Source: Archaeoglobaceae archaeon
GTDB taxonomy: Archaea; Halobacteriota; Archaeoglobi; Archaeoglobales; Archaeoglobaceae
Direction of reading: 5' to 3'
Length of the DNA: 56,137 bases
Assembly: GCA_038893835.1 (NCBI GenBank)
Contig: JAWAQR010000006.1
Location: 1-56,137 of the forward strand
The notes below the pieces were generated by a model. That model did no database searches and was not told where the DNA came from. It saw nothing but the letters and a program-made list of their open reading frames with translations. The translations under genes were made by a program, and so were the position numbers. Below, piece by piece: positions 42,547-51,264 of this stretch. Position 1 is the stretch's first letter. Every line of letters begins with the position of its first letter.

Positions 42547-43688
42547 AGGCTAAAAATTCTCTCAAAAAGATTTGCGATATTTATTCCAAAATTTGTCAAG
42601 ATGTAATAGCTTCCGTAAATGGTTCCGATCATGCTACCCAAGTTCGTGAATGCTGCGACCATTATCACTCTAAAGAATTTGTTCTTCATCAACTCACCAA
42701 CTTTCTCACTTTTAAAAAGTTCTTCCACATCCTTCATACCAGGCTTTCTAATCCATGCCTCCACAAGCCCTGAAAGCCAGCCAGCAGCGATTAAAGGGTT
42801 TAAAGATGTGAACCAGGCACATAGAAAGGCAGTCAGTATCGATAAAGGATGCGCTCTTGCCAAAGCGGCACCAAGTGCCGCGAGTATCCCATTTATTAGG
42901 AACCAGTATAGAAAGATCTTGTAGAGAAGTTCTAGCGATAGAAGAAGTGTAATTGAAAAAATGCCTAAAATAAGGAAGGAAAGGAAGAGAAATGCATATT
43001 TTAAAGCCTTTCCTTCTTTGACTGTGAGCAAATCATTTACATCTACTTCTTTCTGAAGCCAGTTCATTATTCCTTTTTTGTGCCCAGCTCCAACAACTGC
43101 AACCACTTTTTTGTATTTTTCAAGTGCCTTTTTTAAGTTAAAAGCCATGTAAGCATCTCTTTCATCTATGAGAACTTCGGCGGCCTTTGGAGATATTTTT
43201 CTAAATTCCTTGACGAGCAGGTCTATGGTATCCTCTTTAAGCATTTCGTTAACGTCCAAATCTTTTGTAAAGAAACTTCGAAATATGTGATAAAAGAATT
43301 TCAGCTTTTCAAAAATGCTCATCCTTTCCCAAAGTCTTTTGAAGGTGATTGCAATATCTCTGTCAATTAGGAGCACATCAGCTCCGATTTCCCTTGCTTT
43401 TTGAATTGCTACCAGCACTTCTTCTCCAGGTCTAACTTTCATTTCTTTCCCAATTTTCCTTTGGAAATAGCTTAGGAGTATTTGAAGGAGAATTGGAAAG
43501 ATGTCTCCTCTTTTTAAGACATCTTTTACATCTACATCATCTCTCTTTCCGAGCAAAGCTTGATATCTTCTCGGACAAATCTCCAAAGCAACGGCATCTG
43601 GTCTCTCTTTTTCTATCACCTCCTTTACTTCTTCAACACTTTTCTGCGAAACATGTGCAGTCCCAATTATTATCAGGCTTTTCTCCAT
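42543..43688 (-). CDS. TraB/PrgY (pheromone-shutdown-related) family membrane protein
   Basis: IGTAHVS, VALEIC..R, PGEE, IDRDI, LIDERD.YMA and VVGAGH, with C-terminal TM helices. Confidence 0.9.
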   Translation of the reverse strand: MEKSLIIIGTAHVSQKSVEEVKEVIEKERPDAVALEICPRRYQALLGKRDDVDVKDVLKRGDIFPILLQILLSYFQRKIGKEMKVRPGEEVLVAIQKAREIGADVLLIDRDIAITFKRLWERMSIFEKLKFFYHIFRSFFTKDLDVNEMLKEDTIDLLVKEFRKISPKAAEVLIDERDAYMAFNLKKALEKYKKVVAVVGAGHKKGIMNWLQKEVDVNDLLTVKEGKALKYAFLFLSFLILGIFSITLLLSLELLYKIFLYWFLINGILAALGAALARAHPLSILTAFLCAWFTSLNPLIAAGWLSGLVEAWIRKPGMKDVEELFKSEKVGELMKNKFFRVIMVAAFTNLGSMIGTIYGSYYILTNFGINIANLFERIFSL

Positions 43689-44752
43689 TCAGACACCTCT
43701 AGGATTTCGATTATCTCTTTTAGCTTCATCAGGTCACTCCTTGTTATTATTCCTACGAGCTTATCGTCTTCAACCACAGGCAGTCTGCCTATGTTTTTTT
43801 CGCTCATGATTTTGAAAGCTTCAAAAGCGCTTTTACGCGGGCTAATTGTTAAAACATTTCTACTCATCACTTCCTCAACTTTTTTGCTCCTTTCAGCCTT
43901 TATAAGGTCCGTTAACGTTACTATTCCTACCAATTTTCCGTCTGAAACGACTGGATAACCGAGATGTTTGTATCTAAACATCAGATCTATAACATCTCCA
44001 ACCGTCATTTCTGGAGTTACGTGGAGCACGTTGGAAGTCATTATGTCTCCAACTTTAAATCTAGAAAGAAAACTTTCCATCGTCACTATCTTTTCTTCCT
44101 CTGTTGCTCCAAGGTATATAAATAGAGCTATTAAGAGAAGCCAAATGTTAAAGAAGAAGCCAAAAATACCCATAACAACAGCTATGGCTTTTCCAACATT
44201 TGCGGATATCCTAGTTGCGGAAACATAGCTCATTCTTTCTGCTAAAAAACTCCTTAGAACCCTTCCTCCATCCATGGGAAATGCTGGGATTAGATTGAAT
44301 GCTGTGATGATTCCATTGAAATATGCGCTGATTAAGAAGAACGTAGAAAGCCCATCTTTCGTAATCTGAGAAAATAGAAGGCTGATTAAACAGATTAAAA
44401 AACTGACAGCTGGTCCAGATAAAGAAATGATCAACTCCTGTCTCGGATTCTTTGGAACTTCCTCCATCATCGCAACTCCACCAAAGATGAAGAGCATTAT
44501 ACCCCTTACAACAACTCCATAGCGCATCGCAGCCAAGGAGTGAGCTAACTCATGCAATAAGACTGCGATAAAGACAAAAATTGATGCAAGTGCTGAAAAC
44601 ATGATCCTCTCAACGTGCTCTAGGTCCGCAAAACCGAAAGGTTTTGTTGATGTGTAAAAATAGCCTGCAAGGAAAGCTAGGATTATGAAGAGGCTCCAGT
44701 GAACATATATATCAATGTTCAAGATTCTCGCGATTTTTACGGATGCCCTCAT
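43673..44752 (-). CDS. Site-2 protease (M50) with C-terminal CBS pair
   Basis: HELAH, SGP and FNLIPAFPMDGGRV, TM helices and two CBS repeats. Confidence 0.93.
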   Translation of the reverse strand: MRASVKIARILNIDIYVHWSLFIILAFLAGYFYTSTKPFGFADLEHVERIMFSALASIFVFIAVLLHELAHSLAAMRYGVVVRGIMLFIFGGVAMMEEVPKNPRQELIISLSGPAVSFLICLISLLFSQITKDGLSTFFLISAYFNGIITAFNLIPAFPMDGGRVLRSFLAERMSYVSATRISANVGKAIAVVMGIFGFFFNIWLLLIALFIYLGATEEEKIVTMESFLSRFKVGDIMTSNVLHVTPEMTVGDVIDLMFRYKHLGYPVVSDGKLVGIVTLTDLIKAERSKKVEEVMSRNVLTISPRKSAFEAFKIMSEKNIGRLPVVEDDKLVGIITRSDLMKLKEIIEILEVSEWRKA

Positions 44753-44831
44753 AACCTTAATTAAAAAGTGTCTTATTTATCTTTTGTCCTGTCAAACGCA
44801 AGGTTTATATCCTGAGTTCAGGAGATCGATC

Positions 44832-45125
44832 ATGAACCTCGCATCGGTCCTAGGATTTCTGATCGGTTTTTTGTTTGGAATTAGCAGCATCACCACTTTG
44901 CTGAACTTTATGGGCGTAGTTTTGGTTGAGGTTGAAGAAAGTCTTAGAAATTTAAATGCAATCTCCACTATAATTTTGCTGATAATAGCGATTGTATTGG
45001 TTGTTAAAATAAAAGTAATAGCTTCGCTGATAGCTGGGGCAATTTTGGGGGCGATCTTAAATCTCATCTTAGCACAGAATGGAATAGACGTCTTACAATT
45101 AGTGAAATCCATGATTGGTTTATAA
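44832..45125 (+). CDS. Small hypothetical membrane protein (about 3 TM helices)
   Basis: ATG 44832 preceded by GGAG; highly hydrophobic 97 aa; fills the gap between S2P and the synthetase (ORF track start 44715 overlaps S2P). Confidence 0.7.
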   Translation: MNLASVLGFLIGFLFGISSITTLLNFMGVVLVEVEESLRNLNAISTIILLIIAIVLVVKIKVIASLIAGAILGAILNLILAQNGIDVLQLVKSMIGL

Positions 45126-45158
45126 AGTTTTTTAATCCGAAAACTTTAGAACTTAATT

Positions 45159-47171
45159 ATGCTCCTCTTGGAACATGAAGCTAAAGAATTGCTTGAAAGT
45201 TATGGAATAAGGAGTACAAGAGAAAAAATTTGCAAAGATGAGGAAGAGGCGGTCTCATTTGCCAAGGAGATAGGATTCCCGGTTGTGATGAAAGTTCATG
45301 GTTTAATTCACAAGAGCGATGTGGGTGGAGTTTTATTGAACATAAGGAGTGAAGAGGAGGTTAGAAGTGCTTTTAGAAGGCTAATGAGCATCGATGGGGC
45401 GAAGGGGGTTAATGTTCAGCAAATGCTTTATGGTATAGAGCTTATAGTTGGAGCCGCAGAAGATGATCAGTTTGGAAGTTATTTGATGTTTGGACTTGGT
45501 GGAATATTTGCTGAAGTCCTAAGAGATGTCTCTTTCAGATTAATTCCAATAAATAGAAAGGATGCAGAAGAAATGGTAAAAGAGATAAGGGGTTATAGAA
45601 TACTTAAAGGTTATCGCGGCTGTGTTGCAAACATCGATGAAATCGTTGAACTCCTCCTCAAAGTAAGTGAGCTGGTTGAAGAGGAAGAAATAGTTGAAAT
45701 GGATCTAAATCCCGTCTTTGCCAATGAAAAAGGTTGTTTTGTTGCAGATGCTAGGATTTTGAAGGGAAAAAGAAAGTCTTTTGAGTTTAGGGTTAGAGAT
45801 ATAAGCTTCTTTTTCGATCCCCGTAGCGTTGCAGTTGTTGGAGCATCGAGGAGCATTGGTAAACCGGGAAACAATATAGTCTGGAATCTGAAATTCCATG
45901 GCTTTGGAGGTAAAATCTACCCAATAAATCCGAATGCTGAGGAAATACATGGGTTAAAGTGTTACCCCTCTGTAAAAGATGTGCCTGAAGGATTAGATGT
46001 TGCAATAATAGCAGTTCCGGCAAGAATTGTGCCGAAAATAATCGAGGAATGTGCTGAAAAAGGAGTTAAGGGGGTAGTGATTGTCAGTTCTGGATTCAGC
46101 GAGGAAGGAGAAGAGGGAGAGAAGATCGAGAAGAGGGTGGTTGAGACTGCAAAGAAAGCTGGGATATTGATCTTTGGTCCAAATACAACTGGGGTGATGA
46201 ACACCGAAACTGGTTTCATAACCAGTTTTGCTCCGCTGAGGAATGTAAGGAAGGGAAATGTAAGCATCGTTGCACAAACAGGTCTTTTCCTTGGAGTTAT
46301 GATGGAAGCCATAGCCTCAAACAATCCAGGCATAGGTTTTAGCAAGCTCATCGGAATGGGGAATAAAATAGATGTTCAAGATCATGAGGTTCTAGAGTAT
46401 CTGTTGAGGGATGAGAGAACGAAGGTTATAGGAATGTATATTGAAGGCTTTAGAAATGGAAGAGCTTTCTTTGAAATTGCGAGGAAATCGAACAAGCCAA
46501 TAGTAGTTTTTAAGAGTGGAAGGAGTGAATATGGAAAGAGAGCTGCAATGAGTCACACAGCCTCGATTGGAGGAAGCGAGGAAATATTTGAAGCTGTTTG
46601 CAGACAGGCAAATTTGATAAGAGTATTCAGCTTTGACGAACTGCTGAACGTAGCGAAGGCATTGTCTCTGCAGCCTTTGCCTAGAGGTGATAGAGTTGGA
46701 GTTATTCACTACACAGGCTCTGGCTGTGTTCAGTCGGCGGATGCTATTTTCTTTTCAGGACTTAAACTTGCAGAAATCGGTGAAGAAACGAGAAGGGAAA
46801 TAGAGAAAGTCACTCCAGATTGGCATCGAGTCAACAATCCCGTGGACATATGGCCAATGGTAGAGTATAATGGGATGAAGAAGTCTTATGATGTGGCAAT
46901 AAATGCGATGCTCAGAGATGATAACGTCGATTCAATGGTAGTTGCAGTTTGGGCAAGCATTATATGGAAGGGATACATACCGGATTTTGAAAAGCTAAAA
47001 AAGGCTGGAAAACCGATCTACTTTGTAATAGAAGGACCAAGGGAAGATGTGCATAATCTAAGGACTGAATACGAATTGAATGGTTTTCCGGTTTTTCCAA
47101 ATGCCATAACTGCGATAGAAGTCTTAGGTAAGGTGACAAAGTACGCGATGAAATATGGAAGTAGCGGCTGA
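45159..47171 (+). CDS. ADP-forming acetate/acyl-CoA ligase, fused beta-alpha domain order
   Basis: N-terminal ATP-grasp (HKSDVGGV, GLGGIF.E...DV, DLNP), then CoA-binding domain (VAVVGAS..GKPG, GPN..G) and phospho-His AAMSHT. Confidence 0.9.
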   Translation: MLLLEHEAKELLESYGIRSTREKICKDEEEAVSFAKEIGFPVVMKVHGLIHKSDVGGVLLNIRSEEEVRSAFRRLMSIDGAKGVNVQQMLYGIELIVGAAEDDQFGSYLMFGLGGIFAEVLRDVSFRLIPINRKDAEEMVKEIRGYRILKGYRGCVANIDEIVELLLKVSELVEEEEIVEMDLNPVFANEKGCFVADARILKGKRKSFEFRVRDISFFFDPRSVAVVGASRSIGKPGNNIVWNLKFHGFGGKIYPINPNAEEIHGLKCYPSVKDVPEGLDVAIIAVPARIVPKIIEECAEKGVKGVVIVSSGFSEEGEEGEKIEKRVVETAKKAGILIFGPNTTGVMNTETGFITSFAPLRNVRKGNVSIVAQTGLFLGVMMEAIASNNPGIGFSKLIGMGNKIDVQDHEVLEYLLRDERTKVIGMYIEGFRNGRAFFEIARKSNKPIVVFKSGRSEYGKRAAMSHTASIGGSEEIFEAVCRQANLIRVFSFDELLNVAKALSLQPLPRGDRVGVIHYTGSGCVQSADAIFFSGLKLAEIGEETRREIEKVTPDWHRVNNPVDIWPMVEYNGMKKSYDVAINAMLRDDNVDSMVVAVWASIIWKGYIPDFEKLKKAGKPIYFVIEGPREDVHNLRTEYELNGFPVFPNAITAIEVLGKVTKYAMKYGSSG

Positions 47172-47511
47172 ATATGATGGATGGGTAAAAATCCTGCTAT
47201 CTTTTCCCTTCCTAATTCTTTTCACGATCTACTTACTAATAAATTTAGGAATAATTGAAGATGATAGCTATGCCTTGATTCCAGCAATTCTTCTACTTTT
47301 ATTCGTTTACTGGCTCATTCTGCCAAGAAAATACTGCATTCGTGGAGAAAATCTAGAGATTAGGTTTGCAACTTCGAGGAATCTTATAGTGATAAAGAGA
47401 AAAAAGGGATTCAGCATAACGATATCGCCAAAGAACATCGACGCATTTTACGAGCATTTAAAGAAGTCGATTCAAAATTATGAGAAAGGTATTGCCAAAG
47501 AAGGGTTTTAG
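47155..47511 (+). CDS. Hypothetical 2-TM protein with PH-like C-terminal domain (possibly internally deleted)
   Basis: Two hydrophobic helices, then LPRKY, RFATS and ITISP.N...F; overlaps the synthetase stop. Confidence 0.55.
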   Translation: MEVAAEYDGWVKILLSFPFLILFTIYLLINLGIIEDDSYALIPAILLLLFVYWLILPRKYCIRGENLEIRFATSRNLIVIKRKKGFSITISPKNIDAFYEHLKKSIQNYEKGIAKEGF

Positions 47512-47852
47512 CAGGGAGGATAATACAGAAGCTAAAAGAACTCTTCAGAGTACTGATTGAAAATCTGATTGATTATGCTGTTTCCCTAATGCAAAGGTTG
47601 ACGATCAGGTAACAAGAACGTTTACTTTTGGTAGAACTGAAAGTGTTTTTTAGCTATAAGGCCGCAAGAGATTTGTTCATTCTGAAAATTTGGCTACACG
47701 TAGATGCATGCATTGGTTGTTTTGTTTTACCTTTTATGAAGAAATTGGGTAAAAAAATTCCAGATTTGACTTCAGAATTCTCGCTATCTCTCGAGATGGC
47801 AGAAATACTTGCAAGCTATGTTGTAATAGAGATGTTTCATAGAGGCTTTTAA
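47480..47852 (+). pseudogene. Decayed group II PLP-dependent decarboxylase / sphingosine-1-phosphate-lyase-like gene
   Basis: ATG 47480 gives MRKVLPKKGFSRE, then a frameshift to IIQKLKEL. At 47691 the family motif WLHVDACIGCFVLPFMKKLGKKIPD appears, and one inserted T restores FDFR. Only about 370 bp remain and the PLP-lysine segment is absent. Confidence 0.72.
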
Positions 47853-47891
47853 TTGCAAAAGCTTAATTAACTCAACTTCAACCGATTTTTA

Positions 47892-47964
47892 GCCGCCGTG
47901 GCTCAGCTGGCAGAGCGGGTGACTCGTAATCACCAGGTCGCGGGTTCGAATCCCGCCGGCGGCT
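47892..47964 (+). tRNA. tRNA-Thr(CGT)
   Basis: GCCGCCG/CGGCGGC acceptor, anticodon arm GGTGA-CT-CGT-AA-TCACC and TTCGAAT T-loop, followed by a T-tract. Confidence 0.97.
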
Positions 47965-48024
47965 TTTTAAATTTTCTTAAAGGTAAAAACAAAAGAATGC
48001 AACTGGAAACTTCTCAACTTAATT

Positions 48025-48097
48025 TAGCCCCGGCCGGATTCGAACCGGCGTCGCCGGCTCCAAAGGCCGGCAGGATTGACCACTACCCTACGGGGCT
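48025..48097 (-). tRNA. tRNA-Gln(TTG)
   Basis: AGCCCCG/CGGGGCT acceptor (A1-U72, typical of archaeal tRNA-Gln) and anticodon arm CCGGC-CT-TTG-GA-GCCGG. Confidence 0.97.
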
Positions 48098-48113
48098 TTA
48101 AAGAAATTCAAAA

Positions 48114-48184
48114 TGCGGTCGCCGGGATTCGAACCCGGGCAACGGGCTCGGGAGGCCCGTGTCCTACCACTAGACTACGACCGC
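48114..48184 (-). tRNA. tRNA-Gly(CCC)
   Basis: GCGGTCG/CGACCGC acceptor and anticodon arm CGGGC-CT-CCC-GA-GCCCG; lies 16 nt upstream of tRNA-Gln, so probably co-transcribed. Confidence 0.97.
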
Positions 48185-48286
48185 TAATTATAATCGTCAT
48201 CCTGCTTATAAAAATTTTGTCGATTTTGGCAACTCATTTTCCTTCATCAACGCAAATCTTAAATCTGAAATCGGGATAAAGTTGTT

Positions 48287-49273
48287 ATGGAATTCAGAAA
48301 GGAAGTCGAAGTTGCCAAAATTCTTGTAGGTGGAAAAGTGGAAGAGAGTTTGATAGAGATACGTTATGATCCATTAACACTTCAGACAAGCAGAGTCGTT
48401 AAAAAAAGTCTTTCCCTTTTAAAATCAGAAAGTTTTGAGGAAGAAGTGGAAAATACGAAAAACTGGTGCCCTTTCTGTGAAGAAAGACTGGAATCTATGG
48501 TTGCTAGAGATCCTGAAATAATGAAGGGAGAAATATGGAAGAGAGGGGAATGTAGGGCTTTTTCAAACTTGATTCCTTATGCGAAGTATTCATTGGTTTT
48601 GAGATTGTCTGAAAAACATTATTTAAAGCTCTCTGAATTCAAAGATTCGCACTTCTTCGATGCGTTCAAGCTAGTTCAGGAATACATAAGGAAGTTGCCA
48701 AACGAAAAGTTGTTCATAACTGTGGGTATGAATTACCTAAAACCGGCTGGAAGCAGCATAATGCATCCCCATATACAGTTCATAGCATCCGAAAATTCTC
48801 CAGATTACTTTGCCAGACTTAACTGGAGCTCTTTGGAATTCATGGAAATGAATGGGAAGGATTTCTGGACTGCACTAACTGAGGCGGAGAGGGAAGGGGA
48901 AAGATATATTGGGAAGACTGAGAAGACAGAATGGATCTCTGCCTTCGCCCCAAAGGGATTCATGCACATCATTGGCATTCCTGAGGAAAGAGAATTTGCG
49001 GAGATGAGTGATGAGCAGTTGTTTGGTTTATCCAGAGGTATCGTGAAGATCTTGAAATATTATGAAATGAAGGGGTTTAACGCATTCAACTTTTGCATTT
49101 TCTGTGCAGATAGACTGGATAGGCATTTCAGAACGAACTTCCACATAGTTGCGAGAACACCTTTTGGAAAATATTACTGGTGCGACGTATTTTTCCCAAG
49201 AATTCTACAGGATGAAAGCGTTGTCTTTTTCTCTCCAGAAGATTACGCAAGAGAACTTAGAGAGATATGGTAA
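48287..49273 (+). CDS. GalT-like HIT-superfamily nucleotidyltransferase/phosphorylase
   Basis: EIRYDPLT, WCPFC, NLIPY and NY...AGSSIMHPHIQ (HxHxQ). Confidence 0.8.
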   Translation: MEFRKEVEVAKILVGGKVEESLIEIRYDPLTLQTSRVVKKSLSLLKSESFEEEVENTKNWCPFCEERLESMVARDPEIMKGEIWKRGECRAFSNLIPYAKYSLVLRLSEKHYLKLSEFKDSHFFDAFKLVQEYIRKLPNEKLFITVGMNYLKPAGSSIMHPHIQFIASENSPDYFARLNWSSLEFMEMNGKDFWTALTEAEREGERYIGKTEKTEWISAFAPKGFMHIIGIPEEREFAEMSDEQLFGLSRGIVKILKYYEMKGFNAFNFCIFCADRLDRHFRTNFHIVARTPFGKYYWCDVFFPRILQDESVVFFSPEDYARELREIW

Positions 49274-50265
49274 TCGAGTCATACCTTTATGAAAAGCTGA
49301 ACGATGAAGTGAGATGCAAAACTTGTTGGCATAACTGCAAGCTTAAAGAAGGGCAGTGGGGAATTTGTAAGGTTAGAAAGAATGAGAGAGGAAAACTGAT
49401 GGTTTACAACTATGGCTTAGTCTCCTCTATAGCCTTGGATCCAATAGAAAAGAAACCTCTGCACAACTACAAACCTGGGAGTAAGGTTTTATCCTTTGGC
49501 AGCGTCAGCTGCAACTTCAAATGCGATCACTGTCAAAACTTCGAGATATCCTTTGCAGACTTATCTTACCCTTACCTGCAGGAATTAACTCCAGACGACG
49601 TCTTAAGGCTATGCAGAGAAAGGAGAGCAGATGGAATTGCATGGACTTACAATGAACCATCTATATGGCATGAATTCACGCTTGATGCCTCAAAAGTTGT
49701 GAAAAAGCATGGCTATTTCGTAGTCTATGTTACGAACGGATATATGAGTCTGGAAGCTATAGATCAGTTTTACGTACTCGATGCTGCAAACGTGGATGTA
49801 AAGGCTTTCTCCCAGAGATTTTACAGCAAGATATGCAAGGCAAAGCTGGAAAACGTTCTAAGGACCGTGGAATATTTACATAAAAAAGGTGTCTTCGTTG
49901 AGATAACTTATTTAATAATCCCGAATGAGAACGATAGCAGAGAAGAGATTCAGGAATTTTGCAAATGGCTAATTTCTGTTGATAAGAGAATTCCAGTTCA
50001 TTTCTCAAGGTTCCATCCAGATTTCAAAATGCTGGATAAACCGATGACTCCGGTTAAGAAAATAGAAGAAGCGATAGAGGTTGCAAAAAGAGAGGGAGTT
50101 GAATATGTTTATGCAGGAAACGTCTGGGGGCATAAAAATGAGAACACATATTGTCCTAACTGCAACGAGTTGCTGATAGAGAGGTATGGCTTTTATGTAA
50201 AAAGGATAAATTTAAATGGTGAAAGGTGTCCGAGTTGTGGATATAGGCAGAACATAGTCCTTTAG
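49267..50265 (+). CDS. amrS: AmmeMemoRadiSam system radical SAM enzyme
   Basis: CKTC.HNC, DPIEKKPL, CNFKCDHCQN..IS, WTYNEP, HFSRFHP and YAGNV...NTYCPNC. Confidence 0.9.
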   Translation: MVIESYLYEKLNDEVRCKTCWHNCKLKEGQWGICKVRKNERGKLMVYNYGLVSSIALDPIEKKPLHNYKPGSKVLSFGSVSCNFKCDHCQNFEISFADLSYPYLQELTPDDVLRLCRERRADGIAWTYNEPSIWHEFTLDASKVVKKHGYFVVYVTNGYMSLEAIDQFYVLDAANVDVKAFSQRFYSKICKAKLENVLRTVEYLHKKGVFVEITYLIIPNENDSREEIQEFCKWLISVDKRIPVHFSRFHPDFKMLDKPMTPVKKIEEAIEVAKREGVEYVYAGNVWGHKNENTYCPNCNELLIERYGFYVKRINLNGERCPSCGYRQNIVL

Positions 50266-50268
50266 ATT

Positions 50269-51264
50269 ATGCGGACTATATTTTGGAAGGATGGAATTTG
50301 GCTGCTGGATCAGACTTTGCTTCCTGAAAGAGAAGTTATGATTAAATGTGAAAAAGTTGACGATTTAATAAAGGCTATAAAAAGGCTTGCAATTCGCGGT
50401 GCTCCAGCACTTGAAGCAGCAGGAGCTTATGGCGTTGCTTTAGCTTGTTTTGAGAGAGAATTTGAAAGCGTAGAAGAAATGAAGAAACACGTAATTAAAA
50501 GGGCTGAAGAAATCGCAAATGCTAGACCAACAGCCGTGAATTTGATGGTTGGTGTTCGGAGAGTACTTGAAAAAGCTTTAAACTGTGAAAGCGTTGAAAG
50601 TGTAAGGAAAATGGCTTTGGAAGAAGCTGAAAGGGTTGCGAATGAGGATGTTGAAAGAAATAAAAAGCTTGGTAAGCATGGAGCAAAGTTGCTAGAGGAT
50701 GGCGATGTTGTTTTGACCCATTGCAACACTGGAAGACTTGCAACCGTTGACTGGGGGACGGCTTTGGGAGTTGTGAGATCTGCAATAGAGGAGGGAAAAA
50801 GGATAAAGGTTTTTGCATGTGAAACTAGACCCCTCAATCAGGGCTCTAGACTCACCTGTTATGAGTTGATTAAGGATGGCATAGATGTAACGCTAATAAC
50901 GGACTCTGCAATCGGAATTGTGATGAGAAAAAAAATGGTAAACAAAGTAATCGTGGGTGCGGATAGAATAGTAAAGGACGGCGTTTTCAATAAAATAGGA
51001 ACGTATACTTTGGCAATAGCTGCAAGTTATCATGGAATCCCATTTTATGTTGCTGCTCCCAAGAGTACTTTCGATCTAGAAAAGAGTTCTGAAGAAGTAA
51101 TAATAGAGGAGAGAGGTAAAGAGGAGCTGATTTTCTGCAATGGGAAGCTTTTAGCTCCAAGGGATGTTAATGTTTACAATCCGGCTTTCGATTTCACCCC
51201 ATTAAGTCTTGTTAGTGCAATAATCACCGAAGATGGAATTCTTTATCCACCTTATAATTTTTGA
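50269..51264 (+). CDS. mtnA: Methylthioribose-1-phosphate isomerase
   Basis: LDQT.LP, IRGAPA, ARPTAVNL, LTHCNTG.LAT..WGTA, ETRP.NQG.RLT, VGADRI and NPAFD.TP. Confidence 0.92.
   Translation: MRTIFWKDGIWLLDQTLLPEREVMIKCEKVDDLIKAIKRLAIRGAPALEAAGAYGVALACFEREFESVEEMKKHVIKRAEEIANARPTAVNLMVGVRRVLEKALNCESVESVRKMALEEAERVANEDVERNKKLGKHGAKLLEDGDVVLTHCNTGRLATVDWGTALGVVRSAIEEGKRIKVFACETRPLNQGSRLTCYELIKDGIDVTLITDSAIGIVMRKKMVNKVIVGADRIVKDGVFNKIGTYTLAIAASYHGIPFYVAAPKSTFDLEKSSEEVIIEERGKEELIFCNGKLLAPRDVNVYNPAFDFTPLSLVSAIITEDGILYPPYNF

Noticed and set aside
27450-48184. Integrated element at any of the five tRNA genes; tRNA introns
   Set aside because: No integrase, no duplicated tRNA ends seen, no obvious compositional island, and all anticodon loops are uninterrupted.
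47898-48279. Two 67-aa ORFs (47898-48101, 48076-48279)
   Set aside because: Translations across the tRNA-Thr, tRNA-Gln and tRNA-Gly genes.
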